From Candidatus Eiseniibacteriota bacterium (lineage in GTDB: Bacteria; Eisenbacteria; RBG-16-71-46), in NCBI GenBank assembly GCA_963725865.1, contig CAVSAC010000012.1:1383421-1447420 (forward strand): a DNA stretch of 64,000 nt, in the 5' to 3' direction. The notes under the pieces were generated by a model, which worked only from the letters and a program-made list of their open reading frames with translations, ran no database searches and had not been told where the DNA came from. Below are positions 31,751 to 39,751 of this stretch, piece by piece. Position numbers and translations under genes: made by a program. Each line of letters begins with the position of its first letter. The stretch's first letter is position 1.

Positions 31751-33199
31751 GTGACCGACCGAACGCCGAAGACGACGCGTACCGCGGTCGCGCCGCTCCA
31801 CTCGCGCGAGATCCTGCGCTTCTACCTGCCCCTCGTCCTGACCTCCCAGCTCCTCACGCTCTCGGGACCGCTGCTGAACGTGATCCTCGGACGCGCGGCG
31901 GAGCCGCGACTCGACCTGGCGGCCTTCTGGGTGGCGTTCACCGCGGTCCTGTTGCTCGAGAGTGCCGCGCTGGTGGTTCAGCCGCTGACGCTGGCGCTCG
32001 CCGGGCGCCCGGATGCCGGGCGCCGATTGCTCGACGGGGCGCTTCTGGTCGGCATCGCTGGCACCCTCGGCGCCGTCGCGCTCGCGTGCACTCCGATCGG
32101 GGAGGCCGTGTTCCAGCACGTGATCCCGACCACCCCCCGCGTCGCCGCGCGGGCGCGGGAGGTGTTGCTGGCGCTCGCGCCGGCGCCGTTCGTGATCGCG
32201 ATGCGCGGACTGGCGAGTGGCCAGGCGATCCTGGCGCGGCGCACCACGCTGGTCGCGGTGGCCACCACCGTGCGAACGGGAGTGACCGCGCTGGCGGTGG
32301 TGGGCACGTTGATGCTCGGTGGCTCGCTCGGCGCGATCGCCGCAGTGTGGGCGTATCTCGCCGGGATCGCGCTGGAGGGCACGCTGCTGCTGGCGGCGAC
32401 CGCGCCCGGAATGCGCGCACCCGCCGCCCGGGTCGAAATCGCGGCCGCGACCGGGACGCCCTCGATCGCGCGGCTCGCGGCGCCGCTGGCGCTGGCCATG
32501 CTCGTGTGGACGGCGAGTCGTCCGGCGGTGAACGCGGTGCTCGGGCGGCTGGCGGATCCGGAGCTCGCGCAGGCGGGATTTGGGATCGCGCTCCCGTTCC
32601 TCATGGTCACGTGCGCACCGCTGTGGGCGTTCCAGGAAGCGAGCCTGGTGCTGCCCCGGGACGCCGTGGATCTGCGGCGGCTGCTGCGATTCGCCGCGAT
32701 CACCAGCGGGATCGCGACCCTGGCGATCGCGGTGCTCACGCTGTCCCCCGCGCGCGGCGCGCTGCTGCGGCTGGGATTCGACCTCGGCCCCGAGCTGGAA
32801 CGCACGGTCGCGCCGGCGCTGGCGTTGGTGGTGCTGGAGCCGATCGTCCTGAGCGTACGCGCCATCGCGCAGGGGCTCCTGATGCGCGCGCGCCGGACGG
32901 ATCCGTTCATGGTGGTCGCGCCCGCGCGCCTCGGCCTGACGCTCGTGGTCGGAATCCTGATCGCCGCCGCTTGGCCTCGTCTGAATGGCGTCGTGTTGGG
33001 CGTCGGGCTGCTGGTGGGCGGCGACCTGTTCGAGGCGCTGGCCTACGGCGCGCTGGCGGGACGCGCGCTCGCCGAGCGCGCGGTGTTCGAGCAACCGCGA
33101 CCGGGCCGCGCGGGCTGGGTGCCGACCGTGGTCACCGACGAGGCGACCGAGGTGCACGCACCGCAGGTCGGCGCCGACGAGCGCGAGGCGGCGGCGTGA
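31751..33199 (+). CDS. MATE/MOP-superfamily (ANKH-like) multi-pass membrane transporter
   Basis: About 12 hydrophobic segments with two-fold internal repeat (LPLVLTSQLLTLSGPLLNVILGR / APLALAMLVWTASRPAVNAVLGR); stop overlaps the apbE start. Confidence 0.7.
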   Translation: MTDRTPKTTRTAVAPLHSREILRFYLPLVLTSQLLTLSGPLLNVILGRAAEPRLDLAAFWVAFTAVLLLESAALVVQPLTLALAGRPDAGRRLLDGALLVGIAGTLGAVALACTPIGEAVFQHVIPTTPRVAARAREVLLALAPAPFVIAMRGLASGQAILARRTTLVAVATTVRTGVTALAVVGTLMLGGSLGAIAAVWAYLAGIALEGTLLLAATAPGMRAPAARVEIAAATGTPSIARLAAPLALAMLVWTASRPAVNAVLGRLADPELAQAGFGIALPFLMVTCAPLWAFQEASLVLPRDAVDLRRLLRFAAITSGIATLAIAVLTLSPARGALLRLGFDLGPELERTVAPALALVVLEPIVLSVRAIAQGLLMRARRTDPFMVVAPARLGLTLVVGILIAAAWPRLNGVVLGVGLLVGGDLFEALAYGALAGRALAERAVFEQPRPGRAGWVPTVVTDEATEVHAPQVGADEREAAA

Positions 33200-34275
33200 G
33201 CGGGCTCCGGGGCGGGACGCTGCTCGCGCGCGCCGGCCTGGGGCTGGGCGCCGTCGGTGTCGCGGTCATCGTGCACGCCGCCGCGCCGGCCCCGCTCCGC
33301 TCGGTGACTTACTCCGGGCGCAGCATGGGCACGTACGTGAACGTCACGCTCGTCACTACGGACTCGGCGGCGAGCGCGCCGCTCGCGCAGGGCGCGCTGG
33401 CGGAGTTCGCGCGGCTGGACTCCCTGATGAGCAATTGGACCACCACGAGCGAGGTGGCGCGCCTCAATCGCGACGCCGCGCTGGGCGTGACTCCCGTACA
33501 GGAAGAGGTCGCGACCGTGATCGATACCTCGCTGCGGGTGTGGCGCGAGAGCGCGGGGGCGTTCGACATCACAGTCGAGCCGCTGGTGCGCGCGTGGGGA
33601 TTCCTGGGCGGTCGGCCGCACGTTCCCACCCCCGCCGCTGCCGATTCGGCGTTCGCGCGGGTCGGCAGCGGCCGGCTGCGGTACGACTCGGCGGGCCGGA
33701 CGCTCCGATTCGCGGACCCCGGGGTGCGCATCGACCTGGGCGGGATCGCGAAGGGCTACGCGGTGGAGGTGGCGGCGCGCTGGTTGCGGGCCCGCGGGGT
33801 ACGGGATGCCCTGGTCAACATCTCCGGCAACATGGCCGCGCTGGGGCGTCCGCCCGGCGCGGAGGCGTGGCGCATCGGCATTCGCGATCCGCGCGACCGC
33901 ATGCCGTACTTCGCACGGCTGCGGATCAGCGGCGAGGGTATCTCGACGTCGGGCAAGTACGAGCAATTCGTCGCGGTCGACGGGCGCACGTACGGACACA
34001 TCATCGACCCGCGCACCGGCCGCCCGGCGGAGGGGCTCATCTCCGTGACGGTGGTGGCGCCGGACGCGTTCGCCTCGGACACCTGGGACACGCCGCTGTT
34101 CGTGCTCGGGCTCGACGCGGCTCGGCGCGTGGCGAAGTCGCGCGACGACCTGGCCGCGGTGCTGGTGGCGCCGGGCACTGGCGGTGTCGACACGGTGTGG
34201 GTCGAGCGCTCGCTGCAGGATCGCTTCTCGCTCGAGCCCGCCGCGGCCGCACTGTTCCGCATCGTCTTCTATTGA
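33196..34275 (+). CDS. apbE: FAD:protein FMN transferase (ApbE family), copy 2
   Basis: SMGT, S.W...SEV.RLN, GAFDITV.PL..AWGF, IDLGGIAKGYAV, STSG.YE, HIIDPRTG; GTG at 33196 (GTGA overlap). Confidence 0.92.
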   Translation: MSGLRGGTLLARAGLGLGAVGVAVIVHAAAPAPLRSVTYSGRSMGTYVNVTLVTTDSAASAPLAQGALAEFARLDSLMSNWTTTSEVARLNRDAALGVTPVQEEVATVIDTSLRVWRESAGAFDITVEPLVRAWGFLGGRPHVPTPAAADSAFARVGSGRLRYDSAGRTLRFADPGVRIDLGGIAKGYAVEVAARWLRARGVRDALVNISGNMAALGRPPGAEAWRIGIRDPRDRMPYFARLRISGEGISTSGKYEQFVAVDGRTYGHIIDPRTGRPAEGLISVTVVAPDAFASDTWDTPLFVLGLDAARRVAKSRDDLAAVLVAPGTGGVDTVWVERSLQDRFSLEPAAAALFRIVFY

Positions 34276-34342
34276 GCGCGATGTCCCTCCGCCGCTTGTT
34301 CATGAAGTGCGCATCCGGGTCTCCAGCGACGCTCCGTCTCCA

Positions 34343-34357
34343 TGGCACGCGTCCTGC
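34343..34357 (+). promoter_or_regulatory. Sigma-54 (-24/-12) promoter
   Basis: TGGCACG-CGTC-CTGC, one mismatch to consensus, in the intergenic gap before the 34523-54641 gene run. Confidence 0.55.
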
Positions 34358-34522
34358 GTGACCCGTATGCGACTTCCGAATGGAGGAGGTTGAAAACCGT
34401 GTCTGAAGCGCCGCAAGGCACAAACAGATCAACGCGAAGCCCGAGCGCATGTGTCGATCGGTCACAAGGATCGATTCGCAGCGGTCGGAATGCAGCACGC
34501 ACGATCCGGAGGACATTGCCCC

Positions 34523-34975
34523 GTGTCCACGAGCAGACCGAATTTCGCACGCCGAGCGACGCTGATCGTCGCCTCGCTCGCGCTGCCGGTCGCGCTCGCG
34601 GGCTGTAGCGCCCCCACGGCGCTGCCCCCGCCTCCCAGCGGTGGCCAGTCCCTCGTTCTCGATTTCACCAGCTTCCAGCAGACCGTCGAACCGATCCTCG
34701 TGCGGCACGGCTGTGACGCCGACGGGGACTGCCATGGCGGTGGCATCCGCGGGGCGCTGCAGCTCTCCCCGCCGACCGCGAAGAACGCTCGCTTCGACTT
34801 CGACCAGGTGGTGCTCGAGGTGTCGGTCGCGCAGCCGGACTCCAGTCCCATCCTGCTGAAGCCGCTCGCCCTTGCGGCAGGCGGAGTCCCGCACGCGTTC
34901 AAGCCGTTCGCCAGCACCGCGGACTCGGACTTCCAGGCCATGCGCGCGTGGGTCCGCGCGGGGGTGGTGCGATGA
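34523..34975 (+). CDS. Lipoprotein with putative c-type cytochrome domain (atypical CX5CH)
   Basis: GGAGGA RBS, GTG start, lipobox LAGC; VEPIL..GCDADGDCHGG...PDSSPILLKPL....H...AW, the pattern of planctomycete-type cytochrome c domains. Confidence 0.65.
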   Translation: MSTSRPNFARRATLIVASLALPVALAGCSAPTALPPPPSGGQSLVLDFTSFQQTVEPILVRHGCDADGDCHGGGIRGALQLSPPTAKNARFDFDQVVLEVSVAQPDSSPILLKPLALAAGGVPHAFKPFASTADSDFQAMRAWVRAGVVR

Positions 34976-35652
34976 AGCGCCTCGCATCCGGCTCGCGGGC
35001 GGCTCTGTGGACGCTCCTGGCGCTCGCGCTGCTCGCCCCGCGGGCGCGCGCTCAGGCGAGCGCGGATTCCATCGCGGGCGACGAAGCGCCCACCGCGACG
35101 GTCGTCCCGGTGGCGGTGTCGGCGGCGAAGGGGCCGAGGCTCGAAGCGCTGGTGCCCGAGCTGGCGAACGCGCCGTATCACCTCGACGCCGGCGTGCGTC
35201 CCTACCTGCACCGCCTCGCGTTCAGTCCCGGATTCGGAAGTCTCGGCTCGGATCGGCTGTTCGCGTTCCGGGTCGCGTACAACCCGAGCGCATGGCTCGG
35301 GTATGAAGGATCGATCGAGCACAACCCCGGACGCTCCGTGCATGCCGCTTTGCACACGGTGAACGCGATCGTCCGACGACCTCGGCCAGGACGCCTGCAG
35401 CCCTATCTCAGCGTCGGCTACGGGATGATGATGGTGTTCCCCGGTCGCACGCTGAATGCCGATCCCGTCACCAAGAACGCCGTGGCCGCCGGCGGTGGAC
35501 TCGAGCTGTACATCCGCAGCGATCTCGCCCTGCGGGGTGAGATGCGCCGGCTGACCGTGTTCGGACGGCAGGGCGATCGCGACGGCGTCGTCGCGTTCGA
35601 CTACCTCCAGCAGACGATCGGCCTCGAGTTCTATCGCACGCTCAAGCCGTGA
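34972..35652 (+). CDS. Outer-membrane beta-barrel protein (OmpA-transmembrane-like)
   Basis: Signal peptide ARAQA, LQPYLSVGYG, GGGLELY, ALRGEMR, terminal IGLEFY. Confidence 0.75.
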   Translation: MKRLASGSRAALWTLLALALLAPRARAQASADSIAGDEAPTATVVPVAVSAAKGPRLEALVPELANAPYHLDAGVRPYLHRLAFSPGFGSLGSDRLFAFRVAYNPSAWLGYEGSIEHNPGRSVHAALHTVNAIVRRPRPGRLQPYLSVGYGMMMVFPGRTLNADPVTKNAVAAGGGLELYIRSDLALRGEMRRLTVFGRQGDRDGVVAFDYLQQTIGLEFYRTLKP

Positions 35653-37710
35653 CCGCCATGCGGATCACCTTCGGAGGGCATCCGTCCACCATGCGCCAGC
35701 GACCCGCTTTCCACGCTCCCAGGACCATGATCACGCTCCTGGCCACGGGGATCCTGCTGCAGACCGGTCTGATCGGCTGCCGCGAGAGTGCGCCCGACGA
35801 CCTGATCCAGCAGGAGCCGACCACCGACGCGCTGGTCTTCGTCAAGACCACCGGCGACGAGACGCTCAACCGCACGTGGGCGAGCGGTAACCTGTACAAG
35901 CTCTCCCCGATCGCGCCGGACGGCATCGTCACGCCGATCACGAACTTCACGGGGGCCGCCATCTCGGACCCCGCGGTGTCGTTCGACGGCACGAAGATCC
36001 TGTTCTCGATGCGCCCGCCGGGCGCCAGCAACCGCAACATCTTCGAGATCAACGCCGACGGCACCGGCCTGCGCCAGGTGACGAGCGGTGGCGGTCACGA
36101 CTTCGACCCGCTCTACCTGCCCGACGGTCGCATCCTGTTCACCAGCTCGCGCGACGGCGAGATGGACGAGTACAACCACGCGCCCGCCGAGCACCTGTAC
36201 ACCTGCGACTACGACGGCTCGAACCTCGAGCGCATCAGCTACAACCAGAGCGACGATTTCGACCCCGAGCTGCTCCCCGACGGCCGGATCGTGTACACGC
36301 GCTGGGAGCACTTCGGCAACTTCAACCGCTTCCCGCTGTTCTTCACCAATCCCGACGGGACCGGGACGTTCCACATGTTCGGCCCGCACGACCGGAACTT
36401 CTTCCACGCGGTTCCGATGCCGGACGGCCGCATCATCGCGATCGAGTCGACCGAGGTGGAAGGCGACGCCGGCCCGCTCGCGGTGCTGAAGCTCGAGCAG
36501 GGTCCGGCCGACCCCGCCACCGGCGGCCCCGCGCTCCACTACGACAACCTGACGACGCAGGTCAACATGGACGGCATGCCGTGGCCGTACGGAGCGTTCA
36601 AGTACCCGCGCCCGATCGGCGGCAACAGGTTCGTGGCGTCGTACACGCTGCCCGCGGCGACCGGCGACGACGTGGACTACGCGCTCTACACGTTCTCGGT
36701 CAACCAGAGCGGCGCCGGCACGCCCGGCGACCCGGCCACGTTCACCGTGTCGAACGTGACGTTCCTCTACAACGATCCGGCCACCGAACGAGTACGACGC
36801 GCAGCTGCTCGCGCCGCACCCGAAGCCGCCGGTGATCGCGTCGACCGTCAACCGCTCGCTCGACTACGGCGTGTTCCTCGCGCAGGACGTGTTCAACCGC
36901 AGCCAGGTCGACGGCCAGGAGGTCCCGGTCCGCGGGACCGACCCGATCGACAGCATCGCGGTGATCGCGTCGCTCCCGACGCGGGTCGGCGAGATGAATG
37001 ACATCTCGGCGAACGACTACGAGAAGCGCGCGCTGATCGGCATGGCGCCGGTCGATCCGGACGGCTCGTTCCGGATCAAGGTGCCCGCCAACACGCCGCT
37101 CAGCTTCGCGACCCTGGATCAGAACGGCCGCGGGTTCGTGGTCAAGCGCACCCACCTGTTCGTGCGCCCGGGCGAGAACTTCGACCGCTGCACCGGCTGC
37201 CACGAGGACCGCATCGCGGGCGGCCAGGTGCCGACCAATCCGAATCCGATGGCGGCGTCGCACGCGCCGTTCGACCTCAACGTCGCCGCGGCCAGCTGGC
37301 AGGTCATCGACTACCAGAACACCATCGGATCGATCGTGGCGGCGAAGTGCGCGACCTGCCACTTCGCGACCTACACCCCGCGCCAGGTGCAGCTGCCGGA
37401 CAGCTCGTGGATCACGGTGATCGACACCACGGCGGCCCCCGGCAACCTCGACCTGACCGCGGCGCCCGACACCGTGCGCGGCAACCGGGTCTTCCCGCGC
37501 GGCTACGTGAACCTGTCGGGCGAGATGATGGCGGGCTCGGCCCAGGTCACCACGCCGGGCTTCCCGCGGCGCTCGAAGCTCATCGACTACGTGATGGGTC
37601 TCGGCTCGCACGCGGGCCAGGGCTCGCATCCGGCCGGCGCCGACTCGCTCACCGCCGTCGAACGCCGTCAGTTCAACCTCTGGGTGCTGATGGGCGCCCA
37701 GTACCGCTAG
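35649..37710 (+). CDS. Hydrazine synthase alpha (HzsA)-like lipoprotein: TolB-like beta-propeller, HzsA middle domain, two CxxCH heme motifs; +1 frameshift near 36785
   Basis: Lipobox LIGC; DP.VSFDG.KILFS, DP.YLPDGRI.F.S, YTRWEH; APVDPDGSF..KVPANTP..F..LD..G; CTGCH (37189-37203) and CATCH (37348-37362). Removing one base at ~36785 restores NDPATNEYDAQLLAPHPKPPVI. True start may be ATG 35691 or 35727. Confidence 0.78.
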
Positions 37711-37724
37711 TCGAGGAGCCACGG

Positions 37725-38339
37725 ATGACGGATCGCTCGAATCGCGACCAGGGTCTCGCACCGCACCGCGCGGGGGTGGCGGCGGCAGTCGCCGCCACCG
37801 CGCTGGCGGCGGTGCTCACCGGACCGGCGTCGGCGGGGACCACACGTCCCGCCGGCTTCGGAGCCGACGCCATCACGGCGCAGCAGGTGCTGCGCCAGCG
37901 CGGGCTGCGCACGCTCGACGGGAGGTCGATGGTCCTCGGTCGCATGCAGGGACAGGTGATCGTCGTGAACTTCTGGGCGAGCTGGTGTCCGCCGTGTCGC
38001 CGGGAGCTGCCGCGGCTGGCGGCGCTCGACGCCGAACTGGCGCCGCGGGGCGGACACGTGGTCGCGATCTCGATCGACGACGACCTCGACAACGTCCGGC
38101 GCTTCGTCAAGGCCAACCGGCTGAACCTCGCGATCGTGCACGATGGCCCGAACGGGCTGGCGCGGCAGCTCGACCTGCCGCACGTGCCGTTCACGATGGT
38201 GATCGACCGTGCGGGCAGCGTGGCCTACACCACGTCGGGCTCCGACGACCGCTCGCTGGCCGAACTGGCCGCGACGACCCGGCGGCTGCTCGATTCGGCG
38301 CCCCCGCCGGCGCCGACGGCGGCGGAGGCGGCCCGATGA
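37725..38339 (+). CDS. TlpA-family thiol:disulfide oxidoreductase, module 2
   Basis: GAGGAG RBS, signal peptide, VNFWASWCPPCRRELP, VPFTMVID. Confidence 0.88.
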   Translation: MTDRSNRDQGLAPHRAGVAAAVAATALAAVLTGPASAGTTRPAGFGADAITAQQVLRQRGLRTLDGRSMVLGRMQGQVIVVNFWASWCPPCRRELPRLAALDAELAPRGGHVVAISIDDDLDNVRRFVKANRLNLAIVHDGPNGLARQLDLPHVPFTMVIDRAGSVAYTTSGSDDRSLAELAATTRRLLDSAPPPAPTAAEAAR

Positions 38340-38587
38340 GCGCGCACCGCGGGATCCGCGCATCGCGCCGCGTGGCGACGCTGCTGGGCGCGCTGCTGCT
38401 GCTGGTCCTCGAGACCGGCTGCGCCGCGCGCTCGGTCGCGGTGTACCAGCGCGAGCACCTGGTGGATCGCATCATGTCGTTCGAGGCGGACGCCCGCAAG
38501 GACGCCCGCCGCACGAAGTCGTTCGATGCCCGGGAAGGCTCCACCGGCGGCAACGGCGGCGCGGGCGGAGGCTGCGCGTGCAATTGA
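38336..38587 (+). CDS. DUF4266-family small lipoprotein, copy 2
   Basis: Lipobox-like ETGC, YQREHL.D.IM, REGSTGG, C-terminal GGGCACN. Confidence 0.88.
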   Translation: MSAHRGIRASRRVATLLGALLLLVLETGCAARSVAVYQREHLVDRIMSFEADARKDARRTKSFDAREGSTGGNGGAGGGCACN

Positions 38588-39720
38588 GGAACGCGACCCT
38601 CCCGCTGGCCCTGGCACTCGGGGCGACGGTCCTCGGCGCGGCGCCCGGCGTCGCGCAGGAGGCGTTCGACGCGCGCGACGGCGGCTCGCTGCTGCGCTAC
38701 TTCGTCGACTCGGACCATGTCGCGGTGCGTTCGTACATCAACGACTACTCGCTGCCGCTCAATCCGGACCTGGGGGTCACGCTCCACTGGAACAACGAGC
38801 GTGTCGAGGTGCCGGCGATCGAGGCGCCGGTCGGCAGCTCCGAAGCGGTCGACGCGATCACCACCGCGAGCCGGCCGATCCGCGGCAACGCGTACAGCGA
38901 TTTCGTGAAGACGCGCAACGAGCTCGAGGGCGGCCTGCACCGCCCGCACGCCGCGCTCGAGTACTACCACTCGATCGAGAGCGACTACCTCGCGCGCCAG
39001 CTCGGCGCGAAGGTCGACCGGGACTTCCTGGATCGCCAGCTGAACGTCGCGGTCGGCGGCAGCTACGGCTGGGACTCGATCGATCCGCTCGCCGACGACC
39101 GCACGCGCACCGGCCCGGCCACCAAGACCACGCTCCACTGGGACGCCGTGGCCACCCGCATCCTCTCGCCCGGCTCGATCGTGCGCTTGGGCGCCGAGTA
39201 CAACATCGTCGATGGCCTGCAGCACAACCCGTATCGCCACGTGTACGCGGGCGGCACGAACGTGCCGGAGCGCCACCCCGACCACCGGCAGCGCCGGGAC
39301 GCGTTCGTGAAGTTCAACCAGTACCTCGACAACCGTTCGAGCGTGAAGCTCAGCTACCGGCTCTACAACGACGACTGGGGCATCACCTCGCACGAGCTGG
39401 GCTCGAAGCTGAGCCAGTACGTCACCCACGGCGTGTTCGCACGCTACGAGTACCGCTACTACACCCAGGGCAGCGCCGACTTCTATCGCCCCGAGTACGC
39501 GACGACCGCCGGTATCGACGGTTATCTGACCGGGGACTACCGGATGGCCGCACTGTCGTCCCACCTGTTCGCCTTCACGCTCGACCTGGACCTCGGCGTG
39601 CTGGCGCCGGACACCGCGCTCCTGCGCCGGCTCGGTGTGTATACGGACGTGGAGCGCTACTTCAACAGCAACAACTACTCCGCGAACATCGTGGAGACGG
39701 GTCTCGAGTTCCGGTTCTAG
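38578..39720 (+). CDS. DUF3570-family outer-membrane beta-barrel, copy 2
   Basis: VDAITTAS, S.ESDY, G.QHNPY, ERHPD.R.R, YRLYNDDWGITSH, YRYYTQG.ADFY, DYRM, terminal LEFRF. Confidence 0.85.
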   Translation: MQLRNATLPLALALGATVLGAAPGVAQEAFDARDGGSLLRYFVDSDHVAVRSYINDYSLPLNPDLGVTLHWNNERVEVPAIEAPVGSSEAVDAITTASRPIRGNAYSDFVKTRNELEGGLHRPHAALEYYHSIESDYLARQLGAKVDRDFLDRQLNVAVGGSYGWDSIDPLADDRTRTGPATKTTLHWDAVATRILSPGSIVRLGAEYNIVDGLQHNPYRHVYAGGTNVPERHPDHRQRRDAFVKFNQYLDNRSSVKLSYRLYNDDWGITSHELGSKLSQYVTHGVFARYEYRYYTQGSADFYRPEYATTAGIDGYLTGDYRMAALSSHLFAFTLDLDLGVLAPDTALLRRLGVYTDVERYFNSNNYSANIVETGLEFRF

Positions 39721-39751
39721 CCCTCGGGGCGGCCGGTGAGAGGAGCTGGTC

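Noticed and set aside
35649..37710. Anammox hydrazine synthase
   Set aside because: Only an alpha-like protein is present; no beta/gamma subunits or other anammox genes are in the window.
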